A stretch of 61,750 bases of DNA, filler included. It is 6 parts of 6 records of this genome, joined end to end, with 100 filler letters (N's around TTAATTAATTAA, not from the genome) between each part and the next. Parts side by side here need not be neighbours in the genome. Positions count along the whole stretch, not along the records: positions 1 to 25,298 come from SRR2962707_3622; 5 more parts are not named here. One strand, 5' to 3'. A model generated the notes under the pieces. That model had not been told where the DNA came from. It worked only from the letters and a program-made list of their open reading frames with translations, and did no database searches. Shown here in pieces: positions 8,866 to 19,242 of this stretch. How positions within the stretch are numbered: position 1 is the stretch's first letter; the number at the start of each line of letters is the position of its first letter. Position numbers and translations under genes: made by a program.

Positions 8866-10869
8866 TTGAATATTAAGCCTTTCATAATCGTTATCCTTCT
8901 TTTAAGCCTGATCACAGGTCATGCTCAAAATTCTTCACCTGTTCCATTTAAAGGCAATAAAACCATCCCACTTACTGGCGAGTGGAGACTTGTGATGGAC
9001 GATTTTCTTTCCCTAGAAGAAGTGGCCGTTGATGAATCTTCTGTGAGTGCGCAGGTACCAGGAACATGGAATGATATTGTTTGGAAGGACCAGCCACTTG
9101 GGCCGTACGGGTACGGAACATTCTACCGCCAAATCATCATTGATCCGTCTATAAAAACCCAAAACCTAGCAATAGAGGTATCTGAGGTGAGTCTTGCCTA
9201 TCGACTCTACGCGGATGACAAATTGATTGGCAATAAAGGAATACCTGGACCAACAGAAGAAGAAACTCAGCCAAAAATCGACTTTGCCATTTTTGATTTT
9301 GAAGCTACACCCGGAGACACCATTACTTTAATCTTTCACGTGAGCAATTTTAGCCATGAAAGTGGTGGAATCTGGTATGCCCCTAACCTTGGTACGGAAC
9401 AGGCTATCAGGCAGGCACATGACTTCAATAAAGGAATTAGCCTCTTGATCATCGGTAGTTTCATATTGGCTGCCTTTTTTCAATTGTATGTTTATCTGAA
9501 GCGAAAAGACCAGAAGTTCAGTTTGTATTTCTTCTTCTGCGCAGCTGCTTTGATCATGTTGTCCGCCACTCGGGGAGACATGGTCATTATGGATTTTTTC
9601 CCCAATCTGAGTTGGGTTACCTTAAAGCGAATCTTATACATCTCTTTATTCATGCTTGGCCCAATGAATGGACTGTTTCTAAGAGAGCTCTTCCCAAAGT
9701 TCTTTGCCAAACGGATCATACAAGGGATGGTGGTGATCGCCATTCTTGTATCTACTTTCACATTATTTACTCCACCAAGAATAAGCTATTCCATTGTTCC
9801 TATACACCATGCTTACAACGTGGTAATTGGGACCTACATGCTTATTTCACTCATAAGGGCTGCAATAGCAAATCGATTTGGAGCACGCTTTCTTCTGGTC
9901 GGGTACGCCGCTGCGTTTCTAACGGCTTTACATGATATCCTAAGTACCCAATACATCATTCCCGGATACTCCTTTGCTATGATTCACGTGGGAACGGTTA
10001 TATACATCACCCAGCTTCTTGCGGTATTGGCCGGCCGATACATTTATGCCCTTAAAAGCGAGGAAAAATTGGCCAAATATCTGAAGGAAGAAAATCTGGA
10101 ACTTGAGAAAAAAGTGGCATTGCGTACCGAGGATTTACGCGTACAAAACGAGCTGATTGAGCAAAAGAACAAGGAATTAGAAAAGGCTATTAGTGAAAAA
10201 GACCATCTCATGGATGTGGTAGCCCATGACTTGAAAGCACCATTTTCCACTATCATCAACCTCAGCGATTTGATGTCACGTGAACTGGAAGGCAAGTCTG
10301 CTGAATTCAACAACCTCATCAAAAAGGTCACACTTGGAGGTAGAAAGCTGATCGAAGATATGGCTGAAATGAAGGTTTACGAAGAAGGTGCGTTTACACC
10401 TACTTTGAGTCAGCTTTCAGCCAGTGAATTTTATAAACAAAAAGTGCTGTCTTTTAGCGGGCTAGCTGAAAAGAAAAACATCACATTCCATGCTACATCC
10501 ACAGTTCCTGAATCAACCATTGAAACAGATGAAACCATCTTGAACCGTATCGTTGACAATCTTCTTTCCAATGCAATAAAATTCTCACCAGCAGGAAGTG
10601 AGGTGATCTTCGATATGAATCTTTCTGACAAGAATCTATTGATGGTCATCAAGGACACAGGCCCGGGTTTTAATCATCGTGACAAGGAAAAGCTCTTCCG
10701 TAAATTTCAACGACTCTCAGCTCGTCCAACTGCCGGTGAAAGTTCCACAGGTTTGGGATTATCCATTGTGAAGACCCTCATAGATGCCTTGGGTGGAACC
10801 GTTGAACTTGTAAGTGAAGAGGGTCACGGTGCTGAATTTACTGTACAAATACCTGTTAATATTCCCTAG
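8866..10869 (+). CDS. Orphan sensor histidine kinase with extracellular beta-sandwich domain and 7TM-DISM membrane region
   Basis: VPGTWND/GYGTF sugar-binding-like domain; about 7 TMs; AHDLKAP; NLLSNAIKFS; DTGPG; GLGLSIV. TTG start. Confidence 0.88.
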   Translation: MNIKPFIIVILLLSLITGHAQNSSPVPFKGNKTIPLTGEWRLVMDDFLSLEEVAVDESSVSAQVPGTWNDIVWKDQPLGPYGYGTFYRQIIIDPSIKTQNLAIEVSEVSLAYRLYADDKLIGNKGIPGPTEEETQPKIDFAIFDFEATPGDTITLIFHVSNFSHESGGIWYAPNLGTEQAIRQAHDFNKGISLLIIGSFILAAFFQLYVYLKRKDQKFSLYFFFCAAALIMLSATRGDMVIMDFFPNLSWVTLKRILYISLFMLGPMNGLFLRELFPKFFAKRIIQGMVVIAILVSTFTLFTPPRISYSIVPIHHAYNVVIGTYMLISLIRAAIANRFGARFLLVGYAAAFLTALHDILSTQYIIPGYSFAMIHVGTVIYITQLLAVLAGRYIYALKSEEKLAKYLKEENLELEKKVALRTEDLRVQNELIEQKNKELEKAISEKDHLMDVVAHDLKAPFSTIINLSDLMSRELEGKSAEFNNLIKKVTLGGRKLIEDMAEMKVYEEGAFTPTLSQLSASEFYKQKVLSFSGLAEKKNITFHATSTVPESTIETDETILNRIVDNLLSNAIKFSPAGSEVIFDMNLSDKNLLMVIKDTGPGFNHRDKEKLFRKFQRLSARPTAGESSTGLGLSIVKTLIDALGGTVELVSEEGHGAEFTVQIPVNIP

Positions 10870-10871
10870 CC

Positions 10872-10890
10872 GTTCGGTATCTATCCGAAC
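10872..10890 (+). terminator. Hairpin after kinase gene
   Basis: GTTCGG-N7-CCGAAC stem right after the stop; no adjacent U tract. Confidence 0.4.
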
Positions 10891-10895
10891 CCGAT

Positions 10896-10903
10896 TACTT
10901 TTG
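10896..10903 (+). promoter_or_regulatory. Bacteroidota -7 promoter element TAnnTTTG
   Basis: TACTTTTG, 5 nt before the ABC-F ATG. Confidence 0.7.
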
Positions 10904-10908
10904 CGCGC

Positions 10909-12783
10909 ATGATCGACATCACGAATCTTTCATACTACCTGGGTGACCGGGCATTGTACGACGAAGCGTCTCTATTTATCGGCCCTAAAGATAAAATTGG
11001 GCTCATTGGTTTGAATGGAACAGGGAAATCCACCTTGCTAAAAATGATGGTGGGAGATGTGCAGCCCAGCGGTGGTAAAATCTCCATGAGCAAAGAAACC
11101 ACCATCGGATTCCTGAACCAGGATCTCCTCTCCTTCCAGACTGAGGATTCCATTTTAGCTGTCGCCATGCAGGCGTTTGCCTCCACAATGGAATTGCAAA
11201 AGCAGATCGACAAGGTGATCAAGGAGATGGAAGAAAACTACCGTGATGAACTGGTAGACAAATTGACCAAGTTGCAGGAGCGATTTGAAGCACAGGAAGG
11301 GTACACACTACAATCCAGGGCTGAAGAAATTCTTGAGGGTATCGGCTTTAAAACAGCGGATCTCTCGCGTCCACTGAGTGAGTTTTCCGGGGGCTGGCGA
11401 ATGCGAGTGATGCTAGCCAAGCTTTTATTGGAAAAGCCTAGCTTGCTTATGCTCGATGAGCCTACCAACCACTTGGATCTTCCTTCTATTCAATGGATTG
11501 AAAATTATCTTCAATCATATGAGGGGGCCTATATCATCGTTTCTCACGACCGTGAGTTTCTTAATCGTTCGGTGAATAAGATCGTGGAAGTGACACAGGC
11601 GAATCTGCATGTTTATCCAGGCGATTACGATCATTACGAAGAAGAAAAAGCACTAAGGAACGAGCTGCAACAAAACGCATTTGAGAATCAACAAAAGAAA
11701 ATTCGTGAAGCCGAGCGGTTCATTGAGCGATTCAAAGCGAAAGCTACCAAAGCAAGTCAGGCACAATCAAAAATGAAGATGCTGGAGAAAATGGATCGCG
11801 TGGAAGAAGTGGTAGATGAAAATGCTAAGGTCAATTTCAGATTTAACTTCAAAACAAAATCCGGTCGTCATGTGAAGCGACTGGAAGACATCTCCAAATC
11901 CTATGGTGACCTGAAGATTCTAGAGAATAGCAGCATCGGAATCGAGCGGGGAGACAAGATTGCCTTGATTGGAGCGAATGGTAAGGGTAAATCCACCTTG
12001 CTTCGAATCATCGCAGGAACAGAAAAACATGCCGGTAAGGTGCAGACCGGGCACAATGTAGTGCCTTCCTTTTACGCCCAGCATCAACTGGAATCATTAG
12101 GGATTCAGAATGACCTTTTGGAAGAATTGAAACAAGCCGGAACAGGGAAATCAGAACTGGAGCTAAGAGGTGTGCTTGGCTGTTTTCTCTTTTCAAGTGA
12201 TGAAGTGTTCAAGAAAATCAAGGTCTTGTCCGGAGGTGAAAAATCCAGAGTAGCATTGGCTAAAACCTTAATTTCTGAGGCTAATTTCCTTCTTCTGGAT
12301 GAGCCTACTAACCACCTTGACATGCTCTCTGTGAGTATCCTGGTGCAAGCACTTCAACAGTATGAAGGTACCTTCTTACTCGTTTCGCACGACCGTCACT
12401 TCATCACCCAAGTGGCCAACAAAGTCTGGTGGATAGAAGACCATGAGGTCAAGGAATACCCAGGTACATACGAAGAGTTCTCATGGTGGTGGGACAAAAA
12501 CAAGAAAGATCAGCAGGTTAAAAGTGAACCCGCTCCTCAAAAGCAGAAAAAGCCAACGGAAAAGCCCCGAACTAACGCAGAAGAGCAGCAGGCCGCTAAG
12601 GAACTGAAACAAATCGAAAAGCAAATTGAGGAGCTGGAGGAAAAGATAGGCTCGCTAGAAGCACGCTTGTCGGAACCTAAGATTTATGACAATCCCGAGG
12701 AATACGAGAAGGTAAACATCGAATACCAGGGAAAGAAAAGTGAGCTTGATCAGCTCATGGAAAAATGGGAAGAAATGGGCTAA
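10909..12783 (+). CDS. ABC-F family ribosome-associated ATPase
   Basis: Two NBDs (GLNGTGKST/FSGGW/LDEPTNHLD; GANGKGKST/LSGGE), inter-domain linker, coiled-coil C-terminus, no TM. Confidence 0.95.
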   Translation: MIDITNLSYYLGDRALYDEASLFIGPKDKIGLIGLNGTGKSTLLKMMVGDVQPSGGKISMSKETTIGFLNQDLLSFQTEDSILAVAMQAFASTMELQKQIDKVIKEMEENYRDELVDKLTKLQERFEAQEGYTLQSRAEEILEGIGFKTADLSRPLSEFSGGWRMRVMLAKLLLEKPSLLMLDEPTNHLDLPSIQWIENYLQSYEGAYIIVSHDREFLNRSVNKIVEVTQANLHVYPGDYDHYEEEKALRNELQQNAFENQQKKIREAERFIERFKAKATKASQAQSKMKMLEKMDRVEEVVDENAKVNFRFNFKTKSGRHVKRLEDISKSYGDLKILENSSIGIERGDKIALIGANGKGKSTLLRIIAGTEKHAGKVQTGHNVVPSFYAQHQLESLGIQNDLLEELKQAGTGKSELELRGVLGCFLFSSDEVFKKIKVLSGGEKSRVALAKTLISEANFLLLDEPTNHLDMLSVSILVQALQQYEGTFLLVSHDRHFITQVANKVWWIEDHEVKEYPGTYEEFSWWWDKNKKDQQVKSEPAPQKQKKPTEKPRTNAEEQQAAKELKQIEKQIEELEEKIGSLEARLSEPKIYDNPEEYEKVNIEYQGKKSELDQLMEKWEEMG

Positions 12784-12809
12784 CTTTAGTTCAACCTAAA
12801 GATATTGAT

Positions 12810-13268
12810 ATGCCCGATCACAAAGTCCAACTTCAAACTGTTAGGATAATCCATCTTGCAATTATGGGAGGAGCTGCACTTTTTGCAGTGGTAGTCTCAT
12901 TTTTAACACTCAATAATTCAGAACCTAAAGAACCAATCGAGGTACTAAACTACCTCGCGCCTGCTCTCTTCTTTTTTGCGTTAGCAGCTTATCCTTTCCT
13001 CTTCAAATCAGGCATTAAACCTGCATTGGAAAGTGATTTGTCTCTTGATAAAAAAATGGCTGCATTTCAAACCGGACACATCATGCGGTTAGCAATACTT
13101 GAAGGTCCATGCCTATTTTCGATTGTTGTGGCTTTGATAAACGGAGAACTACTACACCTCCTTACTGTAGGTATCATTTTGGCAATCATGTTTTCCAAAT
13201 TGCCTACTCCCTATTTACTTGAAAGTGAACTAAAACTTTCACCCGAAGAACGTTCGAAACTTAGTTAG
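12810..13268 (+). CDS. Hypothetical 4-TM membrane protein
   Basis: Four hydrophobic segments; ATG 12810 preferred over the overlapping 12765 start. Confidence 0.7.
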   Translation: MPDHKVQLQTVRIIHLAIMGGAALFAVVVSFLTLNNSEPKEPIEVLNYLAPALFFFALAAYPFLFKSGIKPALESDLSLDKKMAAFQTGHIMRLAILEGPCLFSIVVALINGELLHLLTVGIILAIMFSKLPTPYLLESELKLSPEERSKLS

Positions 13269-13932
13269 ACATATTCGCAAGATGGTCTTGAAGGTTCTGT
13301 TTCACCTCTTCGGCCTTTTCCAGGACATCTCCGTAGAAATCGTTTTTAGCTGCAAACAAGTACCTGTAGGAGAAGATCATATTGCGGAATTCTGTTTCCT
13401 TCAAAAAGGCATCATCAACCGAGCTGGCAGACGTGAATCTCACGTATTTCATGCAAAAAGGCTTGATGAAATCACGAACATGCTCGCTTAGTGCATCGTC
13501 GTACTGATCCGTGCCTCGATAGTATTGTTCGTACAACTCTATGATGCTTTTGCGAAGTTCAAAATTGGATATTCCTGCCGTTTGTCCTGATGATTTAATG
13601 GATTCATAAACGGTGCGCTGGGGAACGAATGGTGGATTGTATTGAATGATCAAAATATCATTCCTTAACGCAGAAGGTTCCTCGTAGGGTTTCCCTACTG
13701 ATGCATCGGCCAGGGTATTGATAGCTTTGCTAATCATCCCATTCAGGCTTCTTAACGTATCCAATGCTGCAACATCGCTCTCCAGATCGGATATGAGACT
13801 CTCTACGTAAAGCCTTTCACTTGCTTCCCTTGCTTTCTCTTCCTTATAACTTTCAAGGTAAAAGGCGATAGTAATACCCAAAATCACCACCAATAAGTTG
13901 GTGATGTGGTCCAGCCAGTTGATCTTCTTCAT
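13261..13932 (-). CDS. Hypothetical protein, DUF6090-like
   Basis: N-terminal LLVVILGITIAF TM, coiled coil, YESIKSSG motif. Confidence 0.7.
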   Translation of the reverse strand: MKKINWLDHITNLLVVILGITIAFYLESYKEEKAREASERLYVESLISDLESDVAALDTLRSLNGMISKAINTLADASVGKPYEEPSALRNDILIIQYNPPFVPQRTVYESIKSSGQTAGISNFELRKSIIELYEQYYRGTDQYDDALSEHVRDFIKPFCMKYVRFTSASSVDDAFLKETEFRNMIFSYRYLFAAKNDFYGDVLEKAEEVKQNLQDHLANMSN

Positions 13933-14085
13933 GAATTAAAAATAGCAGAATTTCAGTTTTCAACTTGGTAAATCAATTTTCACATTATGTGAATTATGGC
14001 ATGCTATTCGTTGTTAATGGTCAAAAAAATGACAAAGCCTGTTTACACAAATCAGTCTTTGACTTAACTTCATTCCAAAATTGAA

Positions 14086-14913
14086 ATGACCATGCGAAAG
14101 CTTACCTCTTTATCTCTTCTGCTACTTGTATTTATCGCCGTTCAATGCTCCAGCGTGCCATTAAGTGGACGCTCGCAATTGAGCTTAATCGGTAACGATA
14201 AGATCTTCCCGATGAGTTTCGAGCAATACGAACAAGTGAAGAAAGAGGGGGATATCATCACTGGAACGGATGAAGCCAGGATGATTAAACGCGTTGGAAG
14301 CCGAATTCAGCGAGCAGTTGAACAATACTTCGCTGACCAGGGACAGGCAGGATACCTATCTGATTATTCATGGGAATTCAACCTGATCAAAAACGATGAA
14401 ATGGTCAACGCCTGGTGTATGCCTGGAGGCAAGGTTGCCTTCTACACTGGGATTATGCCTATATGTAAAGATGAAGTCGGTGTAGCAGTGGTGATGGGTC
14501 ATGAGATTGCCCATGCCATTGCCAACCATGGTCGCGAGCGAATCAGCCAGCAGTATGCTGCACAATTTGGTCTGACCGCTGTGAGTGTAGCCCTAACCGG
14601 AGGAAGTGCAGGGCCCAACATTCCAGCTGAGATGATCATGCAAGGGGCAGGAGCTGCTACTTCACTTGGTATATTGGCATTCTCAAGAAAACACGAGTCA
14701 GAAGCGGATAAGCTGGGGCTTTATTTCATGGCCATGGCTGGCTACAATCCACAGGAAGCTCCAAAATTCTGGGAACGTATGTCAGCTAATAGTGGTGGTG
14801 AAGCACCACCTGAATTCATGTCTACCCACCCTTCGCATGACACAAGAATTCAGGATTTGAATGCCAACATGGCAAAAGCTATGGAGTACTATCGCTCGAA
14901 TACCAGCAATTGA
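14086..14913 (+). CDS. M48 family zinc metallopeptidase
   Basis: NAWCMPGGK; HEIAH; ESEAD; STHP. Confidence 0.93.
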   Translation: MTMRKLTSLSLLLLVFIAVQCSSVPLSGRSQLSLIGNDKIFPMSFEQYEQVKKEGDIITGTDEARMIKRVGSRIQRAVEQYFADQGQAGYLSDYSWEFNLIKNDEMVNAWCMPGGKVAFYTGIMPICKDEVGVAVVMGHEIAHAIANHGRERISQQYAAQFGLTAVSVALTGGSAGPNIPAEMIMQGAGAATSLGILAFSRKHESEADKLGLYFMAMAGYNPQEAPKFWERMSANSGGEAPPEFMSTHPSHDTRIQDLNANMAKAMEYYRSNTSN

Positions 14914-15881
14914 AAGGAACGGCGATATACCGACTTTTTAAGTCAATACAGTCTTTAGTAGGTGGACGTGCCAAGCGAATCAGCGATTATACCATCGCTA
15001 GGTATTCTATTGCGGTCAAAGACAACTTATCCCGCTGGTTCAAGGAATCTATCCTGCTAATACTTGGGATTCTCTCTGCTGGATTTGGCTTGCATGGTTT
15101 CCTACTCCCTAATGATTTTATCGATGGTGGAGTAACCGGGATTTCACTACTCACAAGAGTACTTACAGGGTATCCCCTTCCCATCTTGATTGTGCTAATC
15201 AATATCCCTTTTATCATACTTGGCTATTTCCAAATTGGCAGATCTTTTGTGATCAAAAGTTTGATTGCCATCCTTGGTTTAGCATTGGCTCTGAATTACA
15301 TCCATTATCCCATCATTACTTCCGATAAACTATTGGTTTCGGTTTTTGGTGGATTCTTTCTTGGTGCAGGCATTGGGCTTTCGGTCAGAGGAGGCGGTGT
15401 ACTTGACGGCACAGAGGTGCTGGCAATATATTTGGGTAGGAAAACCGGCCTCACTATTGGTGACCTTATCTTGGTTTTCAATATTGTTATTTTCTCAACT
15501 GCGGCTTACGTTCTTTCCATTGAAATTGCCTTGTATTCTATTCTCACCTACCTATCTGCTTCCAAGACCGTCGACTTTGTGATTGAAGGGGTGGAAGAAT
15601 ACATTGGGGTAATCATCATCTCCAAACGAAGTGAATCTATCCGTTTGATGATCACAGAAAAAATGCGAAGAGGAGTCACCATTTACCAGGGCATGAGCGG
15701 TTTTGGCAATCGTGAAGACCTGAAGGAAACGGAAATCCTCTATTCCGTCATTACACGTCTGGAAATCGGACGGATGAAGAATGAAATCAAAACCATAGAC
15801 CCTCAGGCATTCATCGTCATGAACAGCGTGAAGGATCTAAAAGGAGGAATGATTAAAAAGCGGCAGTTTAAGGAGCACTAG
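14910..15881 (+). CDS. YitT family membrane protein
   Basis: DGGVTGIS; GGVLDGTEV; C-terminal DUF2179-like IDPQAFI. Confidence 0.9.
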   Translation: MKGTAIYRLFKSIQSLVGGRAKRISDYTIARYSIAVKDNLSRWFKESILLILGILSAGFGLHGFLLPNDFIDGGVTGISLLTRVLTGYPLPILIVLINIPFIILGYFQIGRSFVIKSLIAILGLALALNYIHYPIITSDKLLVSVFGGFFLGAGIGLSVRGGGVLDGTEVLAIYLGRKTGLTIGDLILVFNIVIFSTAAYVLSIEIALYSILTYLSASKTVDFVIEGVEEYIGVIIISKRSESIRLMITEKMRRGVTIYQGMSGFGNREDLKETEILYSVITRLEIGRMKNEIKTIDPQAFIVMNSVKDLKGGMIKKRQFKEH

Positions 15882-15882
15882 G

Positions 15883-17007
15883 CTACTCAAACTGGCTTAC
15901 TTCTAATCCAGGGATAATCTTGCAAGCATTTTTGTAATAAACCTTTTTCAAAACTTCATCTGAAAGACCTAACCCGTACATTCTCCAGTACGCATGGTAT
16001 TTCTTGTAGTAAGGGAAATATTCGTCCTCTGTCTCCAGAACTCTGAAATAGGTGTAAAATTCTTCCTTGTTGTAGGCATCTTTTCCAAACAATACCCGAT
16101 CCTGGTATTTCTCAAAGAATTGCTTTGCTCTTCTAGGCTGCCTTCCAAATTCAGCTATCACAGCGCCTATACCAAAATATACGTTCGGATACTTATCTAG
16201 GTGTTCGCCTGCCTTGTCCAGATCGTTGGCCATCCATCCCATGTGTGCATTCACAAATGTGGTGTTGGGATGCTTCTTGAATACATTATGTTGCTCTGCG
16301 ATAATTTGTTCAAACGGTGCAGGATCATCGTCTCCCCTTTTCCGTCCGGGACGAAGTTTCAATTCCAACCAACGCTCATTGTCAGCATCCATTGGCTCCC
16401 AGAAAGGAGCAGGATCTGCTGCATGTATTAGCACAGGGATTCCCAATTCACCGCATTTTGCCCATACAGGATCAATACGAGGGTCATCGATGGCCACTCT
16501 ATTCCCATCAGCATCCTGATAGCTCAGCCCAAGGCTCTTGTATATTTTTAATCCTCTTGCGCCATTTTTTACATCATCCTCCAACTCCTTCACTGCATTC
16601 TCAGTCCAGCCTTCCTGACCGATATCCTTAAATGAAACATTTGTAAATACGATGATGCGATTTGGGGCTTCACCTTCTACCCTTCTTACCATGCCGGCAA
16701 GGTATTCCTGAGTACCAATGTCTCTTGTTTCTCTATTGAACCCTCTTCCGCTTAGGTTTACCATCGCTCCCATGTTTATTTCATCCATCTCTGCCACCAA
16801 TGATGCAACTGCTTCTTTGGTAAGGTTCCACTGATGGCTGTGCATGTCTACAAATGGGAACTTGGCGCGCTGCACAGGATTCTCCGGCACTACCAATGTG
16901 GAGGTCGGGTTGTAATCTTCAAAGCTCATGGTTTGAGGGGTCTCAGCTGTCTCCTGAGCACTCAGGGCAATCACTGCAAACAGCAAAAGGAAGGACAATT
17001 TTCTCAT
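15883..17007 (-). CDS. Amidohydrolase family protein (Amidohydro_2)
   Basis: FVDMHSH; GARGLKI; PVLIH; AHMG; LFGKD. ATG 17007 preferred because the TTG at 17031 lies within a -7-like element (TATACTTG). Confidence 0.88.
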   Translation of the reverse strand: MRKLSFLLLFAVIALSAQETAETPQTMSFEDYNPTSTLVVPENPVQRAKFPFVDMHSHQWNLTKEAVASLVAEMDEINMGAMVNLSGRGFNRETRDIGTQEYLAGMVRRVEGEAPNRIIVFTNVSFKDIGQEGWTENAVKELEDDVKNGARGLKIYKSLGLSYQDADGNRVAIDDPRIDPVWAKCGELGIPVLIHAADPAPFWEPMDADNERWLELKLRPGRKRGDDDPAPFEQIIAEQHNVFKKHPNTTFVNAHMGWMANDLDKAGEHLDKYPNVYFGIGAVIAEFGRQPRRAKQFFEKYQDRVLFGKDAYNKEEFYTYFRVLETEDEYFPYYKKYHAYWRMYGLGLSDEVLKKVYYKNACKIIPGLEVSQFE

Positions 17008-17116
17008 TAGGTATCGATTTTGGTTTGGCAAGTATACGCATCAATCCACATTGTGTTCATTCAGGATGATTCAATTTTATTCAAATGTCCTTTGAGAATC
17101 ATATTAATTTAGCAGA

Positions 17117-17599
17117 ATGGACCGACCAAAGTTTGACGACATTTTCATGGAACTGGCAGTAAACCTTGCCAAAAGATCCCATTGCATCAAACGACATGTG
17201 GGTGCTGTGCTCACAAAAGACACAAGGATCATCTCGATCGGGTACAATGGACCTCCTTCCGGCACACACAATTGTGATATCGAATGGCCAGAGCAAGGCT
17301 GCCCCCGAGATTCCAAAGGAAGCTGTTCGTTGGCATTGCATGCCGAGCAAAACGCGATCCTTTATGCCGTCAAAAATAAAACAGATGTAGAGGGAGCTAC
17401 TTTGTACGTCACTCTGTCTCCATGCATTGCCTGCGCCAGGATTATCTACACCATGAAGATTCATAAGGTGATCTACCTGAAGTCATATGCCGAATACAAG
17501 GGTATTGCTAGTGATGAAGGGGTTGATTTTCTCAAAAAATTTGGTGTAGCAGTGGAGAAATATGAGGGCAGCCTGGAAAACGTGAGTGAACTGGTTTAA
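17117..17599 (+). CDS. dCMP deaminase (ComEB-like)
   Basis: GYNG; HAEQNAI; SPCIAC zinc motif. Confidence 0.93.
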   Translation: MDRPKFDDIFMELAVNLAKRSHCIKRHVGAVLTKDTRIISIGYNGPPSGTHNCDIEWPEQGCPRDSKGSCSLALHAEQNAILYAVKNKTDVEGATLYVTLSPCIACARIIYTMKIHKVIYLKSYAEYKGIASDEGVDFLKKFGVAVEKYEGSLENVSELV

Positions 17600-17603
17600 A
17601 CAA

Positions 17604-17627
17604 GAAAAGGCCGTATTGCTACGACCT
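17604..17627 (-). terminator. Intrinsic terminator of the AhpD/CMD gene
   Basis: Minus strand AGGTCGTA-GCAA-TACGGCCT followed by TTT. Confidence 0.7.
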
Positions 17628-17650
17628 CCTCAACTACCGCCACGATTACC

Positions 17651-18193
17651 TTATACCACAGCCACTTCTTCCACTTCGGGAAAATCAATTGGGAATTGGC
17701 CTGAGCCGAAAAGGAAATTGCTAACCATCTTGTCTCCAATGACTATGTTGATATCAACCAGGTTTTCATTGGTATAACCAGCATTATATAGCCGTTCCAC
17801 CGCTTCGTCACTTGGCTTGCTTCGATTCACTGTAATGTCTTTTACAAATCGTGCCAACGCATCGATCTTAGCATCGAAACTTGCCTCGCCACTTCGAATC
17901 TCCAGGATTTCCTCGTCTGAAAAGCCGTTCATTCTGCCAATTGCCGTATGTGCTGCCAGACAGTATGCACATTCGTTCACCTGACTCACCACAAGGTTAA
18001 TTACCTCACGTTCTTTTGCTTTTAGTGAAGATTTACGATTTTGAAATGCCAGGTAGTCTCCCAAGGCAGTATCGCTGTAGGCGAACGAGGCATAGAGATT
18101 AGGTACAAATCCAATCTTGGCATTCAGGGTATCAAATATCTCCTGATTATTAGATGAAACGTCTTCTCTTGCTGGTACTTTAAAAGATTCCAT
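17651..18193 (-). CDS. Carboxymuconolactone decarboxylase / AhpD-like peroxidase-related protein
   Basis: REVINLVVSQVNECAYCLAAH (CxxC-x3-H). Confidence 0.9.
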   Translation of the reverse strand: MESFKVPAREDVSSNNQEIFDTLNAKIGFVPNLYASFAYSDTALGDYLAFQNRKSSLKAKEREVINLVVSQVNECAYCLAAHTAIGRMNGFSDEEILEIRSGEASFDAKIDALARFVKDITVNRSKPSDEAVERLYNAGYTNENLVDINIVIGDKMVSNFLFGSGQFPIDFPEVEEVAVV

Positions 18194-18288
18194 AGTTTTT
18201 TAATTGTTTTTTGTTCTATTAAAAGTTTATGGATCAAAGAACGCAAGTAGATACAGCTAGGGTAATAGCTATACTTCCCGAAGAATTG

Positions 18289-19152
18289 TCAATTCTTCCC
18301 TACCAATAAATTTTGTTTCTCAGACCGGTAATTAGAGGGTGAAAGTTGCATGTGTTTCTTAAAAAAACGGCTGAAAGTCGGGATGTCTCTGAACCCGATT
18401 TCATAGGCTATTTCCTTGGTGGTTTTGTTGGTATAAATCAGCAATCTTTTGGACTCCAACAGCAATCGCTCATGTATGACTTCCAATGGTGACTTACCTC
18501 CATGTTTGGAAAAGAGATTGGATATCGTCTTTGGTGACTTATGAATGAATGTGGAATAATCCTGGACCTGATGCATTTTCCTGAAATGCTGCTCCACCAA
18601 CAAATTGAAATTTCGAATCACATCCAGATCGTTGCTTTCAGCCACACACAAATCGGTCTGATTTTTATACAATCGTGTCAACTTCACAATCAGACGTTTC
18701 AGCATGGTCCGAAGCATTTCCCCTTTTAAGTTGTCATCTGGCTCTTCAAATTCTTCCTTAAACACACAAAAGAGCAAATCCAACTTAGCCATTTCTTCCT
18801 TTGATAGCTTGATTCTCGGAGGTCCATTATGTCCATAGAAGAGTATTCCAACGCACGAAACTTCCTTATCATGATCGATAATGCAATAAAACTTTCTGTT
18901 GAATCTCCAGAAAACGATTTCATCTGTGTTGGATGACTCGAAAGATTGACCGGCATTGAGTACCAGGGCTTCATGAGTGCCAAATGTTAGTGATTGATCG
19001 TCAATCCGCACCAATGTTGACTTGCCTCGATTTAAAGCAATGGTCATTGTATCTTTCTCCTGCCTGTCAAAACTATTCACACTGAACACATTCATTTCGT
19101 AAATCAGTTGAATGGTCCCGTCAGATTTTTGATCCCAGAATTCCATTCTCAT
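18289..19152 (-). CDS. AraC family transcriptional regulator
   Basis: C-terminal KEIAYEIGFRDIPTFSRFFKK double HTH; HDKEVSCVG motif. Confidence 0.92.
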   Translation of the reverse strand: MRMEFWDQKSDGTIQLIYEMNVFSVNSFDRQEKDTMTIALNRGKSTLVRIDDQSLTFGTHEALVLNAGQSFESSNTDEIVFWRFNRKFYCIIDHDKEVSCVGILFYGHNGPPRIKLSKEEMAKLDLLFCVFKEEFEEPDDNLKGEMLRTMLKRLIVKLTRLYKNQTDLCVAESNDLDVIRNFNLLVEQHFRKMHQVQDYSTFIHKSPKTISNLFSKHGGKSPLEVIHERLLLESKRLLIYTNKTTKEIAYEIGFRDIPTFSRFFKKHMQLSPSNYRSEKQNLLVGKN

Positions 19153-19242
19153 AAATTGAATTTAGTAGGTTGTCATTCTTCAACCATATTTTTTCACAAT
19201 TAGTTAATCAACCTTTTACATTTGTCTGTTAGCTTTCATTTC

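Noticed and set aside
10909-12783. ABC-F as an antibiotic resistance gene
   Set aside because: No leader peptide or mobile context; looks like a housekeeping ABC-F. Subfamily needs an HMM search.
17117-17599. Deaminase as an anti-phage dCTP deaminase
   Set aside because: Short stand-alone ComEB-type enzyme with no kinase-like domain and no defence context.
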